Source of the DNA: Microbotryum violaceum
Lineage: Eukaryota
DNA length: 64,000 nucleotides
Direction: 5' to 3'
NCBI GenBank assembly: GCA_001244265.2
Contig: CDLV01000006.1
Coordinates: 558,001-622,000, forward strand
Shown: positions 53,664 to 64,000 of the stretch, in pieces
Numbering within the stretch: the stretch's first letter is position 1
Layout of the letters: each line of letters starts with the position of its first letter
Notes under the pieces: model-generated
The model's input: only the letters and a program-made list of their open reading frames with translations
Told to the model about the DNA's origin: nothing
Databases searched by the model: none
Position numbers and translations under genes: made by a program

Positions 53664-54708
53664 TTCGTGGAAGTATCGTTGGGAGGTGTGAAAAGTGTGT
53701 CCGGTAACTATGAGAGATAGGCAGATTCCACGACAGAGATGTGTGGGTAGGAGGGATAGAGTGGAAAAGGTGCGAAAAGACCACTTTTCCACTTTTCCAC
53801 TTTTAGAGGGCGGGGCGATTCCGGGGCGGATGATCAGCCGTCGATCACACACAAGATGGCGCGGCTAGCTTGACCGAGCTGAAACAAGACTTGGGGCGGT
53901 GCACCTATGACTTGAATCGTTCGGTCCCGAGTTCGTCTCCAGGGCCCCGCTCGGTGACTCCAAGTGCGTTTTCCGGATTGGCGCTCTTTTATTCTTAGCA
54001 CTTGCGTACTCAGGGGCGAGGGGCCCTCGCGTCGAGTTCCGCTGAACCAGACTAGTCGGAGTTCATAATGCGATAACTTTTACTTAGGTGCCGACAGCTA
54101 ATACAGCCCACATCGACGTCTCCGGGATGTTCCGAGTGGCCGTGCTGGCAATCCGCATGCACAGATTTATGATCTCCATAGTACTGGCCAGTCGCGGGCT
54201 GTTCATCACCCCTCGAGTCGGCGTGAGATCCTAAGCGCTCACTAATGGCCAGGCTTGGCAGACAGGAGAGAGGGGAGGAGACCCTCATTTCGATAGCACG
54301 TCCCAGGAGGAGATCACCCAGCTGAGTTAAAGGTAGCAAGATTGAAGCTACCGCACCTCACCACGCCGTGTCGATCAATAGCCTGGAGGCCAACCTGCAC
54401 CTAGTACTAGGTAGGTACGTCACTTTTCAACGTCTTCGGTCATTAAGCACGGGGCATTCTTAGTGGCACCGATCATGCATCGTGTGAGACCGCTTTTAGT
54501 ATTTTCGATGTGGGCCTCTCTCGCACGGGCCTACGTCCTTCTCGATCGATAGTCCAAAGCTCAGACGTGTTGTAATGTAGCATGGCAAGAGGACAGTACG
54601 AACTGAAACAGAGTATGTATGAGAAGGTAGGAGTTGAATTAGCTGAATAAGCGCCACCAAGAAGACCGCAGCGGCGAAGCTGTCAGAAAAAGGCGCTAGC
54701 GAAATCGT

Positions 54709-56001
54709 CTAAAATGTCGGGATGTAGTCGTTGATCCGGTCCTTGGCGTTCTGAGCAATGCACTCGGCGATCCAGGTCAAGCTACGGATCTCTTGCTCCT
54801 TGAGCTTGAAGAAGCTGTAGAAGAGTCCGTATTGGAACTGCTGCATGAACGCGAGCTTGTTCAAGCCGACCTCGTGCTGGAAAAAATGGTCCTCGAGCGA
54901 GGCTGCGCCGTCGGATGCTCCACTATTCCCTCCTGCCCCGGACTGTGTCGAGTCGAGGAATGAGCGGTACTCGACGACGGAGTCCAAAACGGTCTTGACT
55001 TGGTCGACATCGTCGGCTTTAGCCAATGTCGTCGTGCCTTCGGGATACAATCGGCCCAACGATGGGAACAGCTTGGCGCGCTGATCCTTCGTCAAGGATG
55101 TGCCGAACGAGTTGATCGTGATGTTGAGACTTCGTCGGTCGGCTTCGAACGAGAGGATCGGCGACATGATGTCGGACGTTGGCGATCCCAACGACAAGAT
55201 GAACGAGTGGAAGTCCTCGAGGTAAGCTTTGTACAACTGTGGCGACGCGAGTGATCGTTAGAAGCTGAGCTGATAACCACATTAAGGGTCTAAAGTGAGC
55301 TCACGGTGTTGCGAACAATCTCGATGTTGAGCTCGTCGAGATCCTGAGCGCTGAGGCAATTTCGGAAGTAGGGAGCTGTCAAGGAGGAAGCCGGGCGCTT
55401 CGGTCAGTGTGGGCGGGTCGAAGGCTTAATCGGACCAGATCAACGGGGAAACCCACCCAAGGGTGTCTCCACCATGACGGTCGAGTAGAGCTCTTCGACG
55501 TTGGTAGCGACGCACAGGGCCGGCATGGTGTCGAACACGCCGAGCGGGTGACATCGCTCGAGCAGATCGTGGGTGTCCCGCTCGTGCAAGGTGCCCGAGA
55601 TGAGCAGCACGACGTTGTCGATCATATAGGCGTAGGTCATGTAGTCGAGGAAGGTGGTCAAGGGTGCGACAGCGTTGGACTTGATGTAGTTGAACTCCTC
55701 CACGAGTCGCTGGGTCGCCTTCTCGGCGATGGTCGAGGTCGAGATCGGGGGCGTCTCATTGGCCAGAAAGTTGCCATAATCGGTGGCAGAGAGCTGCATG
55801 CGGAAGTCTGTGCGGGCGAAGCGTGCGTTAAGACCAGATGAAACATACTGGGATTGAGATGGCATTGCGGGTGGACTGACCATCGAGGGTCTCGCATTGG
55901 GTTAGGTTGGAGTAGTGCGTCTGGGTCAACAGCCCAGCCTTGAAGCCTCGGATGATGCCTTCGAGGTAGCCCGAGTGCGAGTTGAAGAAGAGAGCCTCCA
56001 T
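54709..56001 (-). CDS. VMA6: V-type H+-ATPase V0 subunit d
   Basis: [100 protein letters not shown]. Confidence 0.97.
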
Positions 56002-56955
56002 ATCGCGTGAACGATGTTAGGGGTTGGACAAGGATGGGAGAGACGGAGGTGGTCGTTGATCCCGCAAGGCGATGAGTACGCCGGCAAGGTAGCGAAGCTG
56101 TGAGCTGGAAGCGATAGAAGGGAGGTGTTCCCCGAGTCAGTATACTGTGCGGTCAATCCGAGAGCGGGTACGGGCTGTAACACAGCAAAACGGAGCATCG
56201 GCGGCCGGGGTAGCCGATCAGGACGAAGGGTGAGCCCCGTCACCTGACGGCACTACTCCAATTCCCGCTTGCTGTGGCCTCGTCCGCCGCCATCGTCACA
56301 GAGAAAGCATTCTCATAATGGCTTCACGTGGTCCAGGACCAACAAAGTCAGCGCATCATGACACTGACCTGTAGCTGAGCCGAGTGAAGGCGTAAGCTGG
56401 CGCGCGACGGAGTGGTGCGGTACCACGCTACAGGACCTCGTCTGGAGAGAGCCGCTTGGTTGAGCAGTTGACCGTCAGAATGGCACTGGGCCAATGCGCT
56501 GTAGTGTGAGTCGTGAGTTGGAGGGGCGGCTGAAGCCAGAGCGAGGGCCAAGCGCCGCCGCCAGCCCAAAGGCGGAGGTGGTCTCTCGCACGGACCCACA
56601 CCTGGAATACCGAAGCCTCGCGCCACTAATACTCTGTTGTCAGCAACGGTGCGGACCATCTGCAAGACTGGCTATTTTTCCGTTGGAGTCCTTATGAGAT
56701 ACAACATTACAGCATCAACAATGGCCAGAGATGACAATGTATTGGGCAGAACCGCCGACTCGACCAATGGCATGCGCGATGGGGGCCGGGGCCGATCGGA
56801 AGCGATCTGATTATCTGAACGTCGGTTAAGCTGGGGGTCTCAAGGCTTGGAAAATGTCGCCTCAGATGTCGCGTCACATCTAGCTTCCATGGTATCAATG
56901 GCAGTGTTATGCTGATAATACGTTAAAACTATAGCACCATACATCCCCCCTTCTA

Positions 56956-59900
56956 TCATTTCCATAACAAGAGACACATCCTAAAATACTGCGAATTTGC
57001 TAGCACGACTATATCGAACATACCTTCCGGATCCCAGAAAAGAACCCCCCGAAAACAATCCATATTCCTAAGTTGAGGTATGTATGTGATATAGCATGAT
57101 GTGATATAGTATGTACAACAGGTCGTATCTTGACACCTTTGCTCGACCATGACGTAACCCTTTTCTGGCCTCCTCGACCGCTCCTTCCTTCTTTCGACCA
57201 TGTAGAACGCCACCACGGCCCCGACCGCTACGAGCGTCAGACCGTATGGGTTCGTCGCGATCGTTTGACCCAACCTGCCACCCATCCCTGGCTCGACCCG
57301 ATCGACCATCTCCTCATTCGCATACGGAATTTCTACTGCGTAAGTTGAAGGAGGCTCGCTTGAGAAGTCCGTGTCTGCTGGCCTTGTTTCGGGCGGCATC
57401 TCTGGATCCCAAGTTTCCGGCGCAGGAGGAGCATCTTGGTGCTCGTTCGAAGGCGGCGCTTGCGACCACTCGGCTTGGTCGGCCGTGCCCTCAAAGCCGG
57501 CCGAAACCATCCCGACTTGGCCCTGATCGACACCAGAGTCATCAAACTCGACGTTCACCGTCACCGGTTGCGTAGCGGGCTTGGGCACCGCTTTCGCCAG
57601 TCGATGCTTGGCGGGGATATTGACGGCGGGGATCGGCTTCGGCGGCTTGACTTGGAATGTCGGCTTGGCCGGGATCACGACAGGTTCAAGTCGCGGCTTA
57701 GTAGGTGCCTCGGCGCGATCCTGTAAGATCCATCTGAGCGACTGCTCCATGATGGTGACCATACTCCAGAGTCCTCCTGAAACTTGTGGCTCCGGCAATC
57801 GCCCAGGATCACCTTAGCATGGACCCGTCGCGAAGCCGCCGAGTTCAACAAGGACGTGGGTATCTCGGTCAAGTTTTTGGTGATCTCGAAAATTTCCACC
57901 GTATGGTTCCAGTCGATTCGATAATGACGTAGCGCACCGCTCGCGAATTCGAGGTCGGGATCGGTCGGTCGAGCCAATTGCGGGCCCCTGTCGGCGACCA
58001 TCTTGGGCAGAGGCACGGGAATCGCGTGCGAGCCAAAGGCATGCAAGATCGCTTGCGCGCAGATGCGACGTTGCCTTGTGGTTTTACCAGGAGCAGTGCA
58101 ACCGCTGAACCCGAGCGAATAGTCACCGTAGCCAAGTACGGTCGTGTGCGTCCCGTCGAGGAAGTAAGCCCTGTGTCCCAGCGTGCGGCATTAGCCGATT
58201 GTGCACGGTATCACGGTCCCGACCATGGCCGGAATAAACTCACCAAGGGTCCAGGATCTTTTTCGAGCGGTGGCCATAATTCATATACGGTGATGAGATC
58301 GTTGTAGAGAAAGCCGTGGGAACGCTCACACCCGGTTGATTCCAATCCCACTTGCCGTAAGTATTCATCACCTCGTCGAACACGGCCGAGCTGGGAGGCA
58401 GCCCGTGCGAACGACACCAATCTTGGCCAAACGAATGCGAGAACAAAATCGCACTGGGCAGCAGTCCTTGCGTCGCCTCCTCGAAGTCGATCTTGAGGCG
58501 AGATATCGTTCGTGGGTGAAGAATGTAATGCCAGTTGCCTTGCGGGTCCCACGTGTGCTGCGGCACCTCACGAAGCCAATCTCGGAAGGGGAGCATCGCC
58601 GTCTCAGGATCGGCGTCTCGAGGAGGGGCTGACCACGTCGATTGGCCTGAGGGCTGCAGGACAAAGTACTCGTCCCAGTCGATAGTCGCGACCCACCGCA
58701 CGCCATCGGCCATCGCGCGCATGTGGCAGTCTTGTCCAGCAATGCTCTGACCCCAATACCAGATGCTGTTCGCCACGCGGAGGATTTAGGGCAGGGGCAG
58801 GGGTTAGCTACGGCCTGCAGGAGATCTCTGCTCTATACCGTGGTCACTGACCCTACGGTAGGATAGTCCCCATCGTCAGCCACACCCAGGAGCTCTTCGC
58901 GCTGCGGGTCCAAGACGTCGATCCCCCGAACTTTCCACTCGCTCGGGTCGACGGCAAAGTCGTGGTTCATGTGCGTATGGGCAGTCCTCGCCTGTGTGGC
59001 CCATTCTTGAGGAATACCCCATCGAATCGGCACAAAGTGAGGGTCGGTCGCTGCGAGCTCTCGCACGACCGCCGGCGTGATCGGTCCCGGGTTCAAGAGG
59101 TAGGCGTAGACCTTGGTAAAGCCGAGCGATCTTTGGTACTGCGCCATCGTCGTCCGACATCGTCGCCAATAGAGAGCGCAGTCAGCATGCAAGGCGACGA
59201 TGCATACTCACTGACACACGATACTTGCAACTCACACTGAGGTGGTCCCCGAGCACGGGCGCGTACAGCTCGCCGTGTAGAGGAGCAATGCAGATCGCGC
59301 CTGGTCCTCGACCGGAGCGGTGCTTTTCCACGTCCAATGGGGCGATGGACCGCACGTGCATGAAGACGTCAGCAGGAGGGGATTGATCGATTGGCGTGAG
59401 GGTTGCGAAGCTGAAGAGGACGAAGGTGGATAGTCAGCATCTCTTGCGAGCCAAGCCCGCGCGCAGTCTAGCGAAACGCCGGTCGCAAGAAAACTCACAT
59501 TTCAGCCTCTTGCCAGGTTATAGCACGATATGTCTCCTCGGGGACCATAGCTAGGGAGCAGACAAACTGGGCTTGAGAGAGAGTCATATACCTATGGAAT
59601 TGAAGGTTGTGCGTATGAGTCATTCCGCATGCTATGAAGCACGAGAAGGGGAGGGTCGCTCTTGATCGACTCACTGGTGTCGTCGCGAGTGGGCAATTAT
59701 AGCTGTGACCTTGCCATGGCCGGCGTAGGAGGTACCATCATACGCCCGCACAAAAATTGAGCATTCCACGATCCCCCCCGGATAGGTGAGCGTCTTTTGG
59801 GTATTTACGATTTCGAGCCTGCCTTTCGCCCATCACCAGCGGCCTCGGATCGAGGAAGGCCGAGACGAGGTGTACGCGGTCGTAAGGGGCTGGGGTGTTG

Positions 59901-60451
59901 GCTTCGAGTAGATGATGCAGAAAAACTGGTGCAAGTGTGTTGGAACTCCGGAGCGTCTTGGAGTCGATGGCGTCGTAATCGGCCCAGGCTGGCAAGTCGT
60001 CCAGCACCTCCTGTCTTTGCGTGAGTGGTCTAACCGGAGTGCCGATCGCGGTAGCGGGCTCGATCACGTTGAGCGAAGGCCGATCCGTCGCGTCGCGTTT
60101 CGCGAGAGCCAGAGGCACAGGCTTTGACTGCCGCCGGTCGAGAAGGGCCGGTGGATGAAGCAGCGAGAAAGCACACACGAAGCAAATGACGAGTATGCAA
60201 ATGTAGATCCGGTAATCGAAGTGCCACCATTGTCGCCCATGCTTGCTCTCGCCTGACGTGAAGACCGCCGCCGTCGCGCCGTCAAGCTCGTCGAAGGAGC
60301 AAGTCCAATGACTCGGGTCGTGAGCCGGCCGCTGCTTGTTGGTGCTCATGTCGGATTCCTCGGCCGGGGTCGAGTGTACCGAGATACCGTGACTGCCATC
60401 CGCGTCGCGTGAGGCCTTGGGAGTTGTTGCGGCGAGTGATAGCGCCGTCAT
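56956..60451 (-). CDS. GT92 (DUF23)-like glycosyltransferase, membrane anchored
   Basis: TM IYICILVICFVCAFSLL; HLVSAFLDPR; YQRSLGFTKVYAY; GQSIAGQDCHMRA..WVATIDWDEYF (DxD); RSKKILDP; HAF; LRHYR. Middle exons and exact 3' end uncertain. Confidence 0.72.
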
Positions 60452-61149
60452 TGCGAGCGATCGCTCGAATGACTTCAGGGTGGCTTCGTGCGAGGGTCGA
60501 CCCCCGCGGGACCGGCGGGAGGCGCCTTGTCCTTTTTGCCAGATACAGAGCTGAGTGGGAGCTCAGTCGGCACAAGGAGTCATCGGTAGGAGCGCAGTTG
60601 AGGCGGATGGTCGATTGGAAAAACAAAGTGTAGTGTGTATCTAAGCCTTGTAGGGCCTAAGGCCTTGCAGATCAGGCCGACGAGCGGAGGTTATTTCAAG
60701 ACTCCCTACTCCCGAGCCCCGGCTCGGTATGCGGCGGTGCCCGTCCTCCCCACCCTGACCAATGACCATCCCACGCGATTAAGATCGTCCCTTATTTTGT
60801 CCGCCCGAGGTGGACCCCATCCCAGTCCCTCGGTCCCTCGGCCGCCGCCGTCCTCATTCGCGCGTCGCTTTTTCCGCGGTTTCGGTTTCGATCGATCTAT
60901 GTATGACACGGTCCACGTTGCAAGTTGCCGTCAGCCAGGTGAAACTCCCAGTACCTAACGCTTGTGTGAGGCTACTCTGAAGTAAACCTCTCCGGCGGAA
61001 AATCTAGAATGGGACTGGTAAGCGATGATAAACCAGTGGGAACCCGTTAAATTAAATAATAACGGGAGGATCAAATTCAAAAAAGCAGGATAATCGAACA
61101 GTCTACATGATCTCAGCGCAGAGGTTTAGAAAATACCCTACGAAGTACA

Positions 61150-62900
61150 GCAAAGAAACAAATCCATTCATCCTACATTCATCGCCGAAACAGCCTGCAT
61201 GTCGCTTGTTGCCGGATCTGGCTTCAAACACTTGTGCAATGAGATCCGGACGGGTGCATGCTTTGTCATTCAGCCCCAGTGCAGCCTTGATTTCCGGTGC
61301 TTCGGGGTCGTACGTCATCGTGATGAGCAGCGGAGGCTTTCCATGTTTGACAACGCACGCCATCGCATCCTGGTATCGCTGCGTGATGTCGCACGATCTA
61401 TTCTCGAACGTCGAGCCCAAAGTCATCAAACGTCCAATTGGGTTTGGGGTCAAGCCGTTGATGCCTTGGGTCGTGGTGAAGCGTAGGTTCTCTTGATGCA
61501 ACCGGATGTATTGAGTCAATCGGTCTTGACTTGGGAGTACATCCGTAAATCACAAACTCCAGGAAGGGACGTTGGTTGCAATGCGGGATTGAGAACTACT
61601 CGTCGCCTTTGGCAAGTAGTGCGCAAAGAATTGTGAACGCGAGACTCGCCACCTCGAACCCTCTACTTGACCTTCGTCCTAGGTGTTCAAAAGTTCAATG
61701 TCAGTCTGTGCTTGCGCCTTAGACAGAATGGAGCATCCGAGAAAGAGCCGAAGACGCGTACGTTCACCATCACCATTCTTTTCGTCCCCCGCCGTCTTCA
61801 TCCTCATCGTCACAGTCTTCGTCCTCCTCTTCGCCTTCGTCAGCAAGACCGAGACCGGCAAGTACCTCCCGCGATTGGACACCTTTGCCAATCTGCTCTC
61901 GGTTTCTGGCCCCAGCTTAGCGAAACCGCAAAGAGAAATGTTGGGGTGGAAGCCATCTTCCCCTGCAGGAAATAGTAGTGGCTACCGGAGAGGCAACGCA
62001 GACGGATGGAGCGAGCTGATGACTTGGTACTTGGGCCGACCATCGGGACATCGATCACCGTGCACCTGGACAATAAGTTCTTGCGGTCCACGATCTCCCG
62101 TGTTGGTGTCGGAATCGCAGATAAGCATCGTCATTTCCGTGCTCGGCGGAGGAAGGTTGTGGGTGCGTCGGTCTCGGCCTGGTGGTAGACAGAGGCGCAG
62201 GACCCACTCTTTGGCCGTATCCCCAGCCTGCGCGGGCTTTGGCCGATGCGAACTCCCTCACAAAGTGCTTCTTGGTACGCAACATGGACTCGAGCTTGGT
62301 CAAAGTAGATCTTTGTATGCGACTGTCTGCGCCGTCGGGTCCCAGTCGAGTGTCAGTGGCTTCGGCCAGGTCGATGAGCCATATTTGGGCAAAGGCTGGG
62401 CGTTGATTCAGGGCAGGGATCAGGGCGCCAAGTCGATGATAGCGGCGACCGAACACGCGAAACACGGGGAGTCCTAGAGTGCCCAGCCGTGTCTGGTCGA
62501 AGTGAAAGACGGCGCGGTGTTGTGCGACCGGGCGTTTTTGCGGAATGCTTGAGCTCCTGTGTAGGTGGGTTGCACAGTTCAGCATGCGGGTCTACTGTAG
62601 ACGGATGTTGTTGGACGGAGCAACTGACCGCTATCCTTCAAGTAGATTTCGATACTTGGGATCGGGCTGGGAGGGGGAGGTAGCTGCACCTTACCCTGCG
62701 AGCAGCACGTGCTGAAGTGTCCGGTCGACTTCGACCTTTCGCACTCCCAGTGTCGAGTCTTGAAGTGGATACACACGGCCATCTGGGGCCGACGTAGTCG
62801 CGGATGGGAACGTGGGGCTTGAGTGGTTTGAGCGGGGTTCGAGGCCTGTGCACTTGCTCTGCGCAGGAAGAGGTGGTGGTGGGGCGAGCTCAGCGTCGGA
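61150..62900 (-). mobile_element. Degenerate, 3'-truncated Helitron RepHel coding region
   Basis: HWECER..FSTCCSQGKVQLP; FRVFGRRYHRLGALIP...PAFAQIWLID; LFPAGEDGFHP; LGSTF....ITQRYQDAMACVVKHGKPPLLITMTYDP..PEI....RPDLIAQVF. Frameshifts between segments. Confidence 0.9.
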
Positions 62901-63690
62901 TCGGCCATCGGGCCCTCGCGCTGACCACGCTGTCCGTTCTACAAAGCTGTACGGCGGACGCTTATACGGGTCGCAATACCAAGGTCGGTTGATTGTTGTC
63001 ACTACGCGCGGGGAGCTGATCCTGTTGATCGGAGCGGGACGAAGAGGAGAGGAGATGAGCGGGGCGCCCAACGGGTTCATAGTCTCCCCATGTTCCCGCG
63101 GTACGCTATCGTACGCGTACGGCGCGAGTACCCTCGCGCCAAAGACTCGGCGCGGTTGTCACGCAAATTCGATGAGAGTGGGAGGGAAAAGGCGAAAATT
63201 GGAGAGAGTAGCGCGGGAGTATTCACAGGAGTATTCACAGCGCCTGGAACCTCATGTTGTTGTTGAACCCCTAAAACCGGTATCGGGATGCCAGAAATAC
63301 ATCACGTGATCGACGGGGCATCGCGCAGCTTATTAGTGGCGCCCGCGGCGCGTCAACGACAGCGAGACCCCGCCTGAGCTCTGTAGAAGAAGTGTCATGC
63401 AAACCCACGCGCTTGCTATACATTAAATCCCGCACAAACTGCTCAATAGTTGGGCACCCCGCCAAAAATCAACAAAAAAAAAATCGGGCTGTAGCTCGAC
63501 TTTTATATGGTGCAGAAAATGCGAAAAGGGTCGTACATGACTTCTGCTCGGGACGCCAATATCACAGGCAGGTGCGGCAGACGCAATACTGTATTGGTGT
63601 ATTCACTATAGGCGGCCCAGAGGGCCGCAGCACGGTCAAAAACAGCGATTTTAGGTACATGGTCGCGGATCGACACTTTTTTTTTACTAG

Positions 63691-63719
63691 TTAGGGTAAT
63701 AGGGTAATAGGGTAAAGGG
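63691..63719 (+). repeat. Short telomere-like repeat tract
   Basis: TTAGGG TAATAGGG TAATAGGG TAAAGGG. Confidence 0.5.
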
Positions 63720-64000
63720 CGCTTGTTCAGAGAGGAGTCGAGACTCGAGAGCCAGCGGATGCCTGGTCTCTTACGTCATGCCAAGCGACATAAGCTAACA
63801 AGCACCGAATTCCTATTGTCAACTAATTAGCTGTCCACAAAATGCGGTGCACGATGAACAAGGAGCTCTGTTTTTTCACACTGGTTCGAATCGACCTTCA
63901 GCCTGAGCGGGTACGATCGGAACGCCGCTACGACCTTCCAGACGCGCGCGCGTCACGGCCGACAGCCCGACTCTGATTCATTTGGGGCCGGCGATCAGAC

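Noticed and set aside
53900-54600. Short hairpins and a palindrome (GGTAGC..GCTACC, ACCTAGTACTAGGT) as a possible ncRNA
   Set aside because: No tRNA, snRNA or snoRNA signature recognised; a covariance-model search would be needed.
56317-56700. Possible small spliced plus-strand gene upstream of VMA6
   Set aside because: Splice-like signals are present, but no coherent reading frame or recognisable product could be built.

Overview
Gene-dense eukaryotic DNA from a basidiomycete fungus. Short GT-AG introns with GTGAGT/GTACGT/GTAAGT donors and CTGAC/CTAAC branch sites, plus the protein and transposon content, suggest Pucciniomycotina, plausibly Microbotryum or a relative (inference). About 19 intron-containing genes were reconstructed by eye. 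Housekeeping genes: V-ATPase subunits B and d, Pol III subunit C11, PI31, dephospho-CoA kinase, POB3, an IMPACT/YigZ protein, a histidine phosphatase and an MCT-type MFS transporter. Glycan-related genes: a large secreted PIG-L/LmbE (CE14)-type deacetylase with four beta-sandwich repeats and PAN-like modules, a fucosyltransferase-like protein, a GPI-anchored GH26 and a GT92-like protein. There is also an SRA-like/Cys-cluster/AlkB dioxygenase and several orphans. Mobile DNA comprises a ~2.3 kb foldback-type element with ~300-400 bp terminal inverted repeats carrying 23-bp subterminal arrays, a truncated degenerate Helitron and a small MITE-like insertion. No rRNA, tRNA or CRISPR array was recognised. 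Gene coordinates span first to last identifiable coding base and include introns.
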